From a virus (taxonomy: Duplodnaviria > Caudoviricetes), in the IMG/VR virus record IMGVR_UViG_3300023174_000201, positions 1 through 55,810 of that record: a stretch of DNA of 55,810 nucleotides. The stretch is one strand, 5' to 3'. Each line of letters opens with the position of its first letter. The stretch's first letter is position 1. Positions 18,469-27,825 of the stretch are shown here, piece after piece. The notes beneath the pieces are model-generated. The model did no database searches and was not told the DNA's origin. It worked only from the letters and a program-made list of their open reading frames with translations. The position numbers were made by a program, and so were the translations under genes.

Positions 18469-19389
18469 TTATAAATTATTTGGATGTCTAAGGGCATACT
18501 CTGAACTAGGCCTTAAATCAGATTGCCATCTTGAAGGATTAGCTCCCGATGTATCAAACCTAATACCAGCAACATGCATGTATACATGACCCGAATTAGC
18601 GTAAACCGTAATCCATTTACCCGGCCCTGACTGACCCCAAGACATTAGTGATCCTGAATCCATTGGAGTATTGATCAGATCTGCTCCATGAAGGGCATAT
18701 GATACTGATCCTGAACAGTCGTAGCCAGAATCTAAAAAAGATCCATGCCCGCCTCCCCATACATATGGAAGCGCATTGATCTTGTTTCCGGCCCACACAA
18801 CTCGCTTAACATTAATTGGAGCTTTAGATGGGGCGTAGGCTACATTTTTATATATAAGAGCCTTAGAACCTACTACAACAGGTTTGAAAGGATCTTTAAT
18901 AAGGCTGATCGACGCCCTTACTCGGATCTTCTTTGTTTTAATCTTCCATTTATATGTGTAAAAATGAACAACGGGATTATTCCATGCCGACATCTGATTT
19001 CCACAATGAAGCCAAATATCAAGTTCAGAACCCCAACCGATATGATCTTCAACCCTAAAATAATGCTTACCATAAATGGCTTTAGGGAAATAAATCCTCG
19101 TTCCTAATGGAAGGAAATTATTGGCAACTTCGCCAAAACGAGGCGTTGTTCCCATTGATGTAATATTGCCGCCACCTGAAGCATCACAGCCTTCAGTTGA
19201 ATATGCGGTTGCTCTGACGGAAAAGTGCTGAATTGGCACTCTTACGCGGTACTTCTTTGTTTTTGTTACTACAGGACCCGGAATTGTAGTAATGTGGGCC
19301 TGATTATTAACAGCTTTCGCTGGTTCTGGGGTAGATGCAAAACTACCGATTACGGCGGCTACTACAACCGCTGTTTTAGCATATAACAT
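18469..19389 (-). CDS. Secreted peptidoglycan hydrolase: signal peptide + 3D domain + NlpC/P60 endopeptidase
   Basis: VRATAYS...LPLGTRI...RVEDHIG...LDIW (3D domain); PYVWGGGH...YDCSGSVSYAL...GHVYM (NlpC/P60 Cys/His). Start at 19389 is preferred (AAGGAAG SD) over 19410. Confidence 0.88.
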   Translation of the reverse strand: MLYAKTAVVVAAVIGSFASTPEPAKAVNNQAHITTIPGPVVTKTKKYRVRVPIQHFSVRATAYSTEGCDASGGGNITSMGTTPRFGEVANNFLPLGTRIYFPKAIYGKHYFRVEDHIGWGSELDIWLHCGNQMSAWNNPVVHFYTYKWKIKTKKIRVRASISLIKDPFKPVVVGSKALIYKNVAYAPSKAPINVKRVVWAGNKINALPYVWGGGHGSFLDSGYDCSGSVSYALHGADLINTPMDSGSLMSWGQSGPGKWITVYANSGHVYMHVAGIRFDTSGANPSRWQSDLRPSSEYALRHPNNL

Positions 19390-19518
19390 AATATCTTCCT
19401 TGGAACACATTCATTTGTCCTACATTGACTTCGCAAGCCCTCTTACTTAACAACTTAACGGGCTGAATGAGACCAGTGGAATTAACTCCTTCTGTCGATT
19501 TATATAAAAAGCCAAACG

Positions 19519-19551
19519 TTGACTTGTACAAAGACTATATCATATAGTCAA
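19519..19551. promoter_or_regulatory. Divergent promoter region with a 17-bp palindrome
   Basis: Plus strand: TTGACT-N18-TATAGT (19519-19548). Minus strand: TGnTATAGT extended -10. Palindrome GACTATAT-C-ATATAGTC at 19533-19549. Confidence 0.5.
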
Positions 19552-19672
19552 ATTGTAAAGACTTAGTTTGGCTTCCCTAATTACTATATCGAATCCCGGT
19601 CTTAATCAGTGGCAAGCCTCGTTTGTAGTATCAAGTCAAGTATTATATTGTTATAGAAAGAGAGAATTAATT

Positions 19673-20281
19673 ATGCCACCTAAGAAGCTAACCCCAAATG
19701 GTCAGGGCGCAGAACCCGCTGGAGCAAAGGCAATTCCTGCCAAGCGCACAACGGCTAAAGACAAGCCCGCACCAAAAAGATCCACACCTACCACCAAGTA
19801 CGTCCGTAACGTTCGCGGCGTCGATGTTCGCGTAACATTTGATTCCGGTCGTAGAATTCAACTCAATGCTCGCGGTCAACGCAACGATATGACCGCCATT
19901 AGCAAAGAGGAATTGGACGATCCGATTTTTCTTGATAACCTCGGTACCCTTTATGAAGTTATTTCTGCTGCTGATGCGCAAACAATTCGTGAAAAGCAAA
20001 TGACTAACGCATCTTCGCTTGCAACTCCTCGCCCAGAGGACCTTCTTACGGATCCGCTTGGTAATCGCGGAAATTTCACTGGACTCACTCCGTCTAATAA
20101 TGAAATTAGTATTACCGTTGGTCAGTTAAATGAAACATCGGGTCGTAATAATGAAGAAAAATCTATTGAGGTTACTCGCAGCATTCAGCCAGAAAGGGCT
20201 AATGTTCCGGGTAGTTCGCTAGATCAATATGGGAACCCCATTTCTATTGCTCCGCTGCCTCCAATCAGCGAGCGCAAATAA
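19673..20281 (+). CDS. Hypothetical protein, probably virion-associated
   Basis: ATG 19673 after a purine-rich GAAAGAGAGAA is preferred over TTG 19568; lies between capsid and neck genes. Confidence 0.65.
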   Translation: MPPKKLTPNGQGAEPAGAKAIPAKRTTAKDKPAPKRSTPTTKYVRNVRGVDVRVTFDSGRRIQLNARGQRNDMTAISKEELDDPIFLDNLGTLYEVISAADAQTIREKQMTNASSLATPRPEDLLTDPLGNRGNFTGLTPSNNEISITVGQLNETSGRNNEEKSIEVTRSIQPERANVPGSSLDQYGNPISIAPLPPISERK

Positions 20282-20296
20282 AACAAAGGAATAAAA

Positions 20297-20590
20297 ATGA
20301 GTATTTTAGATCGCATCGATGCAAAAGACATTAATGCCCTTAAACAGCATGAATGGCGCATTACAGTTCTTGTTAATGAAGCAAAAGAAAATCTTGCCAA
20401 TTATGAAGAAGAACTAAAGGCAATTGCTGCCAAAATTAAAATTGGTACTGAGGCCGTCGTTGAAACGGTTCAGGATAAAGTTGAAGAAGTTGTTGAGGTT
20501 GTTAAGGAAGAAGTTAAGAAGGCTACTCCTAAGAAATCAACAAAGAAAGACGTTGTTGAAGAGCCTACCGCAGAAGAATCAGATAAGTAA
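20297..20590 (+). CDS. Small coiled-coil, charged hypothetical protein
   Basis: AAGGA SD; Glu/Lys/Val-rich helical pattern. Confidence 0.7.
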   Translation: MSILDRIDAKDINALKQHEWRITVLVNEAKENLANYEEELKAIAAKIKIGTEAVVETVQDKVEEVVEVVKEEVKKATPKKSTKKDVVEEPTAEESDK

Positions 20591-20609
20591 ATTTATCAAT
20601 GTTTTAATG

Positions 20610-20640
20610 AAAGGGCCGCCTTGTGCGGCTCTTTTTATTT
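20610..20640 (+). terminator. Intrinsic terminator
   Basis: AAAGGGCCGC-CTTGT-GCGGCTCTTT followed by a T-rich tail. Confidence 0.75.
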
Positions 20641-20657
20641 TAAGATTGTTTATTGCC

Positions 20658-20666
20658 AACAGTTAA
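20658..20666 (+). promoter_or_regulatory. AACAGTTAA, copy of the candidate late/leaderless promoter motif
   Basis: Directly after a terminator and 7 nt before the SD-less ATG 20674. Confidence 0.5.
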
Positions 20667-20673
20667 TAATTGC

Positions 20674-21513
20674 ATGAGCCTTGGTTACGATAAACAATTA
20701 AAAATTGTATCCTTAAACGATTCTGCTCGTCTTGTTGCAAATCTTTATGATGATAAAGATCAGCCATATAAGTACGAAGATTTAGGATCGGTATCTTTTA
20801 CAATTCAAAAACCGGATAAAACTAAAACTACTCAAGATGGTGACATTTTAGAAGACGGTACTGGGTATTTAGTTTTTGATAGCACCGATCAATTAGGACA
20901 TTATATTGGCGTTGCAACTTTTCAACTCCTTGAAGGAATTACTAAGTCAGCCAAAGTTAATTTTGAAGTTTTTGATCCCTTTGAAGTTGTTAATTCTGCA
21001 ATCAAAGTTGTTGCGGACGGTGTTTGGACTAAACTTGAAGATTGTTTTGACGCAGAGGACGAAGGCCCTTGGGTTCAAGATGTAACAATGAATTTTTTCC
21101 GTGAGGAGAAAATTGAAAAGTTTATTAATGACGCTCTTTTTGATATTAATTATCAAAATCCCCCTACTGGTTTAACTATAGCTAATTTTGTTAATACAGA
21201 TAATACTGTAACAAGTAATTATCCACTATTAGTGCAAGCGGTATTTGTGCAAGCACTTCGTCATATTATGCGTTCATATGTTGAGCAACCTATGCCAACT
21301 GGTGCGCAAATTGCTTGGCAAGATCGCCGCGATTACCTTCAACGTTGGCAAAGTATGTATGAACTTGAAATGCAACAATATTTACGTTGGGTAGCCCTTT
21401 ACAAAAGGGGATTTCTGCAACTTGGTCACAGCAAACTTCTTGTTTCCGCAAAAGCCGGTCGCCTTATTCCTGCGCCTATGCGCGGAAGAAGTGTTGGACG
21501 CGGTTACTGGTAG
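20674..21513 (+). CDS. Head-tail adaptor (neck) protein
   Basis: First gene of the neck block; Ig-like N-terminus and helical C-terminus (RSYVEQP...DRRDYLQRW). ATG 20674 is preferred over TTG 20653. Confidence 0.65.
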   Translation: MSLGYDKQLKIVSLNDSARLVANLYDDKDQPYKYEDLGSVSFTIQKPDKTKTTQDGDILEDGTGYLVFDSTDQLGHYIGVATFQLLEGITKSAKVNFEVFDPFEVVNSAIKVVADGVWTKLEDCFDAEDEGPWVQDVTMNFFREEKIEKFINDALFDINYQNPPTGLTIANFVNTDNTVTSNYPLLVQAVFVQALRHIMRSYVEQPMPTGAQIAWQDRRDYLQRWQSMYELEMQQYLRWVALYKRGFLQLGHSKLLVSAKAGRLIPAPMRGRSVGRGYW

Positions 21514-21546
21514 TATTAATTATAAATTGCGACACCTTAATATACG

Positions 21547-21948
21547 ATGGCAAACATTACAACATATTTAGAAAATCAACTTCTTGAGCACAGCCTTGGC
21601 AAAACAACATTTGATAAACCAACGTCAACTCATGCGGCCCTTTTTACCACTTCGCCAAGTATTTCAAGTGCAGGAGTAGAAGTTACTAATTCAAATAACT
21701 ATGCTAGGCAACCCATCACTTGGGGATCAGCATTAAATGGTCAAATTTCCAATTCTGCCGTTTTAACTTGGTCTGCAACAGGTTCGTGGTCAGGCGGAAG
21801 TAGCATTACAAGTATTGGTATTTATGATTCCGGCAATTATGGATCCGGGAATTTGCTTTACTATGGTCCACTATCGGCAGCGTTAACAATGACCAATGGC
21901 GACACATTTAACATCTCAATAGGTTCGTTAAAAGTTGCACTTGCTTAA
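21547..21948 (+). CDS. Small virion structural protein
   Basis: TYLEN.LL...ALFT..P...E.....YARQ...W...IYD....GNLLYYG.L......GDTF pattern of a widespread phage structural family. Confidence 0.7.
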   Translation: MANITTYLENQLLEHSLGKTTFDKPTSTHAALFTTSPSISSAGVEVTNSNNYARQPITWGSALNGQISNSAVLTWSATGSWSGGSSITSIGIYDSGNYGSGNLLYYGPLSAALTMTNGDTFNISIGSLKVALA

Positions 21949-21957
21949 AGGGGAAAT

Positions 21958-22800
21958 ATGACTGACTATACCGAGTCGTTTCCCATCTCATTAACATCAA
22001 ATATTCAAACAGATGCTGAAGTTTCTGTTCAATCTTTGATGAACGCCACAGTTTCTATGGCCGCAGGGCTAGGAATTCGTGCAGAGGTGCGCAGTGATCT
22101 TATTTATATGATTAAATATGTAGGCGAGGAAGGCGCACCTCAAGACATTAAAAGATTACGTAGTCAAGTTCATGATTTAATGCGGCGCATGGGTCAACCG
22201 GTTATTATTAAAAAACTTTTAACAATTAATGACGTTGATAAAAACTACGCTGAGCGTTCTGCAAATTATGACAGTATATATGGTCAAACTCGTAATAACG
22301 ATAATCTTTCTTGGGGGGCTGGATTTGTTTCTAAGGAAAAATCTAAAAACGAATGGATCAATCCCACCTCTGGTCAAATTGTTTTGTCTGACACTGCGCC
22401 CGATCCCTCTTGGCCCAAGGCTCCAAAGTATCGAGGATACGGGCCGGGTATAGTAACATATATTATTGAGCCAGATGCTCCGCAAGATTATTTTACTTTA
22501 ACTCCCACGGGCGCAATGATGCAGGTTCAAACCTCTGAAGTAACAATGGGTTGGTATCCAAAAATTAACGATGGGGATTTAATTATCCATGTAGAGCTAG
22601 ATGATCATGGTAATATTATTGAATCTAGTCAACGCTATCAAGCAAAAATGACTACGCCTGTTAGCATGCGCGGCCTTGATAGAAGGGGTCGAAAAGAATA
22701 TTCAGGAGATCTAGGCAACCGTCACATTATTAATCAAAATTTCCCAATTACCTTGGTTCCAGAAAATAACGTTCTTATGAAAGTGGAAATTGACCGATGA
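21958..22800 (+). CDS. Head closure / neck protein (putative)
   Basis: Position in the neck block; PKINDGDLII beta-barrel-type motif. Confidence 0.55.
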   Translation: MTDYTESFPISLTSNIQTDAEVSVQSLMNATVSMAAGLGIRAEVRSDLIYMIKYVGEEGAPQDIKRLRSQVHDLMRRMGQPVIIKKLLTINDVDKNYAERSANYDSIYGQTRNNDNLSWGAGFVSKEKSKNEWINPTSGQIVLSDTAPDPSWPKAPKYRGYGPGIVTYIIEPDAPQDYFTLTPTGAMMQVQTSEVTMGWYPKINDGDLIIHVELDDHGNIIESSQRYQAKMTTPVSMRGLDRRGRKEYSGDLGNRHIINQNFPITLVPENNVLMKVEIDR

Positions 22801-23498
22801 CATTTTTACCTCAAAAGACGATTAAATATAAAACTTATATTAAAACAGCAATTGTTGAAGGTTTAAAACCTGTATTTGCACATCATGTAGACGAAAAATT
22901 ACAAAATACTAAAGTCGGTATTGCATTTCCAAAAGAACGCCAATCTTTCCCTTCGGTCGTTGTTCAATTATATGAAAAGGAAGTTTTTAATTCTGGAGTT
23001 GGTCACGAAGAAAAAATTGTAGATTCATCTGATCCAACAAGAACGTGGCGTTTTAAACATTATTTTTATAAAGCAGATATTGAATTGAAAGTTTACGCAC
23101 TATCTGCTCTTGATAGAGATTTAATTTCTGACACTTTAGTTCAAGTTATTGCAATGGGTGATTTAGCCACCTATACAAATAACTTTTTTAATCGCATATA
23201 TCCAACAGATTCAGATGCATATCCAGATTCAGCCGGTCATTTTATTAATGTAAATTCAGACAAAATTTCTCCCATTAATGAGACTGAAGAAAAAGTTCCG
23301 TGGAACGCCGAAGATGATTTAATTTACAGTACAAGTTATCGCATTGAAGTCTTTGGAGAATTTTACAGTTTGCCAGAAGATTTTTCATATCAATACATTT
23401 CAAATGTATTTGTTTATCCTTATGTTAAGGACGTTGAACCGGTACCTCCGGGCCTTGAAGGTAAAGATAGTTGGAAAAACGCATTTTCTTTTGATTAA
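22797..23498 (+). CDS. Tail terminator / tail completion protein (putative)
   Basis: Immediately upstream of the sheath; FPSVVVQ...ALSALDRDLISD pattern. Confidence 0.6.
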   Translation: MTFLPQKTIKYKTYIKTAIVEGLKPVFAHHVDEKLQNTKVGIAFPKERQSFPSVVVQLYEKEVFNSGVGHEEKIVDSSDPTRTWRFKHYFYKADIELKVYALSALDRDLISDTLVQVIAMGDLATYTNNFFNRIYPTDSDAYPDSAGHFINVNSDKISPINETEEKVPWNAEDDLIYSTSYRIEVFGEFYSLPEDFSYQYISNVFVYPYVKDVEPVPPGLEGKDSWKNAFSFD

Positions 23499-23573
23499 AT
23501 ATTTTATTTTTATCAAATACTTTAATTTTTAATTCATACTCACATTTTAATTGCTGAAGGAGCATAACATAAC

Positions 23574-26500
23574 ATGTCACTAAACTATAGAACACCCGGA
23601 GTAAACGTTAAAGAGTATTCTACTAATAACGTATCCCCCCTTATTGTAACATCTGATACGGTCTGCTTAGTTGGACCTGCACCCGGACTTATTGAGCGTA
23701 CCGAAGTTGTCACTCTAAACGGTTCTTCTACACCTGTGACCGTTACTGCTGTAAATAATCAAAACGGCACTACCGCAGCATTTCGAACCGCAAATGCTCA
23801 TAACCTGCAAACGGGTTTTCAAGTAAAAGTTCAGGGATTTTCGCCTGATACTTTTAATGGAGTTTATACAGTTGTTTCTGTTCCTGACCCTAACAATTTT
23901 GTTATTGATTGTATGGTAACTGATGCCGTAGCAACATTTGGTACATACTACAACGTATCCACCATTCCATTCGTTTACGAAACCGATCCAACTACAGCGG
24001 TAATGACTGCTTCAAGCATTAAATCTGTCAAAGCGGTTGATCCAACTCGCGCAAAAAACACTGCTTCAAATTATAACACGACCTCCGGATATGTTTCCGG
24101 TTCATACAAATTTGACCCAGTAACTCATACCCTTTCACGCAACAACCCCGTTCCTACTGCAACCCTTTCAACTGCACTTGACACAACCACTACCACTGTT
24201 GTTGCCAAGGGCGATCCCGATGGATTTGATACATACGGAACAATCCTTATTGACAGCGAAGAAATTACATATTCTTCAAAAAGTTTTAGTGGCGAACAGC
24301 AAACTGTTACCGTTAATCCAGTATCAAATCCCGGTGGTTCTACAGTTGCCGTCGCGGTTGCGTCCGATATTACCAATTTAACAGTTGCTACTACTGCCGG
24401 TAGTACCTCTGCTAATTTAAATGATCCGGGCACCCTTGCTATTAACACAACTTATACAATTTCTTCTAGCGCAATTCCCTCCGCTAATAATATTACATTT
24501 ACTACTGGTGGTAGTGTTGCTGCTACATCTTATACCGTTACTGGTGTGACGGTCGGATCAACTGGCACAACTGTTACCAAATCCGGAGGTTCCAGTTTTA
24601 CTTCTGCATTAGTCGGGGCCAAAATTATTGTTGGCGCACAAGCTAGAACTGTTGTAAGTATAACAGATACAAATACATTGGTCACAGATACAGCTTTTAG
24701 CCCTGCTATTACTTCGGGTACCTCGTTAACCAGTATCACTTATTTTCCAATCACGCTCTCTTCCGGCACTGGTGTCACCACTGGTACTAACTCAGCAGCA
24801 ACAATTGGTACTTCAAGAGTACTAAAAGGTGTAACTACAAACTTTACATCAGATATGGTTAACGGCAATATTAATGTTGCAAGTGCGGATTACACTATCG
24901 CCAATGTAATTAGTGGAACTTTAGCGGTTCTTGCAACTGCACCCGGAGTTTCTATTACCGCTACAAGTACATATACTATCAAGAAACCATACACGTTAAC
25001 ATTCAGTGATACCACCCTTGGTAATAATACAACGACCACAACAACGCAGATTCTTCCTCTTGCAACTGCCGCTAACATTAAAAGTGCATTAGCCGCTCTT
25101 ACAAGCGTAGGCGGAACTAGCAATGTTGCCGTTACTGGTAGTGCCCAAACCGGGTACGTAGTAACATTCCAAGGTGCGCTTGACGGAACAAATGTTGCAG
25201 CTATGACAGCCAGCATTACAGATGTTACAATTGCAGCAGCCGATGGTACGTTTAGTTTTCTTAATTGTGTTCGCGCTGCCAATGGTACCACCGCTGCTAC
25301 ACATTCTGTTAGCCCCACTCCCGCTTCAATTACTCAAACTACTCTTATTGCAGACGGAGCAGATGTGTATGTTAACTTTACATACACTCCCGGCGATTAC
25401 TTTAATGGACTTAGATTTACTAATGTTAATGATGTTGAGCGTCGTTATGGACCGGCTTACAAAGTTGTTAACCGTGTTGTAACTTCTAATATTGGCTCGC
25501 CCTTAACCCTTGCGGCAAGTCTTGCTTTTGAAAATGGTGCAACTGACGTTGTTATTCAACCAATTTTCTCAGTTAGCGGTAGTACTAAGTCTGCTCCAAC
25601 TAATGCTGAGATTACAAATGGTAGCGCTTGGCGAAACGCCTTAGAATCACTTAGGGCGGTCGAAGGTATTGGCACTATTGTCCCTGTGGTTGGTCAAACA
25701 AAATCATATAATTACGGTTCATCAACAGCATACTCACTTACCGATCAAGGTTTACTTTCAATTCTTCAATCTGTACAGGACCACATTCATTATCAACAAA
25801 CATATAATGATCAATACCTTGTGGGCGTTTTTGGAGAAGATGGCACAGACTCACCTTCTGGAAGTAGCTATGCAACGCCTGATACTTTAAGGACTCACGC
25901 TCAAATTCTCAAGGGCCGTTACGATGGCGCACACGCAGAGTCAATAGTGCTACTGTCACCCTCTCAGTTTGAGCGTTCGCTATCAAGCGGCACCGGTAAA
26001 GTACAACTTGGCGGTCAGTACGCAGCAGCAGCAATTGCTGGCATGATTGCTTCGCGCCCAGTATCTTCTACTCTTACACGCAGGTTTATTTCAGGATTTG
26101 ATAATGTCCTTGTTTCAAGGAATAAGGCTGATAAAATTACTGATTCTAGCTATGGCCTATTTGTTATTGAACAGATTGGTCGCGCAATTCAAGTAAGGCA
26201 TGCGATTACACTTGACGATAGTAACTCAGCAAGGCAGGAATTATCAGTGGTCAGGGCCAAGCATAAGGTTATTAACTCCCTTAGGTCAACAATCGATACC
26301 CAAATTATCGGTAAGATTGTTGCTGATAATGGTGCGGCCATTGTTGTAGCTTCGGCTGTGGCCAACACCCTTTCAATACTTGTCAACAACGGAGACATTG
26401 TAGCGTTTGGAAACGTTCAATCAAAAATTGTAACACTCAGTCCAACAGTTATTGAAGTAAGGTTCTCTTATAGGCCATCCTTCCCAGTCAACTACGTTGA

Positions 26501-26582
26501 TATCGCATTCTCCATCGACCTTACTGGTGGCAGCGCGAGCTTAGCAGATACAACAAACAACATTAACTCAGGAGCAATCTAA
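23574..26582 (+). CDS. Contractile tail sheath protein with many inserted domains
   Basis: N-terminal YRTPGVNVKE; C-terminal AAAIAG..AS...LT, IQVRHAIT...ELSVVR, IEVRFSYRPSFPVNYVDIAF; AAGGAG SD. Confidence 0.92.
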   Translation: MSLNYRTPGVNVKEYSTNNVSPLIVTSDTVCLVGPAPGLIERTEVVTLNGSSTPVTVTAVNNQNGTTAAFRTANAHNLQTGFQVKVQGFSPDTFNGVYTVVSVPDPNNFVIDCMVTDAVATFGTYYNVSTIPFVYETDPTTAVMTASSIKSVKAVDPTRAKNTASNYNTTSGYVSGSYKFDPVTHTLSRNNPVPTATLSTALDTTTTTVVAKGDPDGFDTYGTILIDSEEITYSSKSFSGEQQTVTVNPVSNPGGSTVAVAVASDITNLTVATTAGSTSANLNDPGTLAINTTYTISSSAIPSANNITFTTGGSVAATSYTVTGVTVGSTGTTVTKSGGSSFTSALVGAKIIVGAQARTVVSITDTNTLVTDTAFSPAITSGTSLTSITYFPITLSSGTGVTTGTNSAATIGTSRVLKGVTTNFTSDMVNGNINVASADYTIANVISGTLAVLATAPGVSITATSTYTIKKPYTLTFSDTTLGNNTTTTTTQILPLATAANIKSALAALTSVGGTSNVAVTGSAQTGYVVTFQGALDGTNVAAMTASITDVTIAAADGTFSFLNCVRAANGTTAATHSVSPTPASITQTTLIADGADVYVNFTYTPGDYFNGLRFTNVNDVERRYGPAYKVVNRVVTSNIGSPLTLAASLAFENGATDVVIQPIFSVSGSTKSAPTNAEITNGSAWRNALESLRAVEGIGTIVPVVGQTKSYNYGSSTAYSLTDQGLLSILQSVQDHIHYQQTYNDQYLVGVFGEDGTDSPSGSSYATPDTLRTHAQILKGRYDGAHAESIVLLSPSQFERSLSSGTGKVQLGGQYAAAAIAGMIASRPVSSTLTRRFISGFDNVLVSRNKADKITDSSYGLFVIEQIGRAIQVRHAITLDDSNSARQELSVVRAKHKVINSLRSTIDTQIIGKIVADNGAAIVVASAVANTLSILVNNGDIVAFGNVQSKIVTLSPTVIEVRFSYRPSFPVNYVDIAFSIDLTGGSASLADTTNNINSGAI

Positions 26583-26583
26583 A

Positions 26584-27231
26584 ATGGCAGCAGATCTTAT
26601 TGGCGCAGATAACCGCGCAAGAGTTGGTGGCTCAGGCTTTACAGTTTTCACTTGGGACAATAAACCGGTTCTTTTTGCTCAAGAAGTTGCTCATAAGTCA
26701 CCAACACCAGTTGGCGTTGGCACCGTTGCCATTCACCCACTAGATGAGCCTTATCCCGTAGAACTTATTACACCTCTTGCCGCAAATATGGGCGAGATTA
26801 CACTTAATCTTTATGAGCTTTATGGCGCTCAGGTTTGGGAACGTCTTGCTGACTACTTAAGCAAGCAAGAATTTTCTCCTATGCCCGGTGCAGGCGAGTC
26901 GGGCGGCCTTGGTCACGGTCCCGTAGACATCGTAGGTATCTTTAACGCTGTTGCTAACAGCAAGGATCCTATTAAGATTGTCAAGTACGTCAAGCCACCA
27001 AAGATTCGTGGTAAGGCAATGAGGCCTTACACAGAAGAATATCACAATTGCGTAATTTCTTCAGTAGTTGACGGCGAGACAATTCAGGTTGGCACAATGG
27101 AAATTGTCAAGCAAATCACAGTCAATTACACCTTCATGACACGCAATAATAAGAATCCAATGAAAGACAATCGTTCAAAGAATATTGGCGGCTCTCTCAT
27201 TAACGATTCAACAAGTACGTCATTTAGATAA
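26584..27231 (+). CDS. Tail tube protein
   Basis: Follows the sheath; RVGGSGFT...IHPLDEPYPVELITP...YHNCVIS...DGETI pattern. Confidence 0.8.
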   Translation: MAADLIGADNRARVGGSGFTVFTWDNKPVLFAQEVAHKSPTPVGVGTVAIHPLDEPYPVELITPLAANMGEITLNLYELYGAQVWERLADYLSKQEFSPMPGAGESGGLGHGPVDIVGIFNAVANSKDPIKIVKYVKPPKIRGKAMRPYTEEYHNCVISSVVDGETIQVGTMEIVKQITVNYTFMTRNNKNPMKDNRSKNIGGSLINDSTSTSFR

Positions 27232-27240
27232 TTTCCGGAC

Positions 27241-27279
27241 CTTAAACTAGAGAGGTATAGATTACTTCTCTAGTTTAAG
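27241..27279 (+). other. Long intergenic hairpin without a U-tract
   Basis: CTTAAACTAGAGA...TCTCTAGTTTAAG, a perfect 13-bp stem extendable to about 17 bp with one G-U, abutting the next SD (TAAGGA). Confidence 0.7.
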
Positions 27280-27291
27280 ATAAGGAAAGTT

Positions 27292-27825
27292 ATGGAAGAG
27301 CAAGGTATTATTGAAGAGCAGGAAGATACATTTCCTGAAGATGTTATTGAAGAGGTTGAGGGTCTTTTATGGCTTGGATACCTTGAAGAAACAGTTGACT
27401 TTTGCGGTCACGAATTTGTCATTAGAACTCTCAGGTTAGAGGAAGAAATTCTTGCTGGCCTTATTACAAAAGATTATATTGAAACTTTAGCTCAAGCAAA
27501 AGCTTGGGTTGCGGCACAAATTGGCCTTGCACTTGTTTCAGTTGATGGAGATCCCGACTTTTGTCCTCAGGCTGGTCCAAATAAAAAAGACTATGCGCGG
27601 GCTAGATTTCATTATGTATCCTCTAATTGGTTTGAGCCAACAATTAATTACCTTTACGTTAAATACACTGGTTTAATTGAACGGCAATTAGCAGCCATTC
27701 AGGAAATGGAAAATTTATCACAAGGGAGTCGGATTACCTTTATGGCCTCGCCCGACTCTTTGACAGACAGGGGCGATTCAATACCGTCGGAGATACTGGA
27801 CATGTTGGAGGAGGAGGAGGATTAA
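27292..27825 (+). CDS. Tail assembly chaperone (gpG-like)
   Basis: Acidic 177-aa protein between tube and tape measure; contains a slippery heptamer. Confidence 0.8.
   Translation: MEEQGIIEEQEDTFPEDVIEEVEGLLWLGYLEETVDFCGHEFVIRTLRLEEEILAGLITKDYIETLAQAKAWVAAQIGLALVSVDGDPDFCPQAGPNKKDYARARFHYVSSNWFEPTINYLYVKYTGLIERQLAAIQEMENLSQGSRITFMASPDSLTDRGDSIPSEILDMLEEEED

Noticed and set aside
19390-19520. Canonical c-di-AMP (ydaO) riboswitch
   Set aside because: The expected conserved segments (GCCGAAUCC, GGGGAACC, GUCAGCUAAC-like) are not visible; kept only as an unclassified candidate leader.
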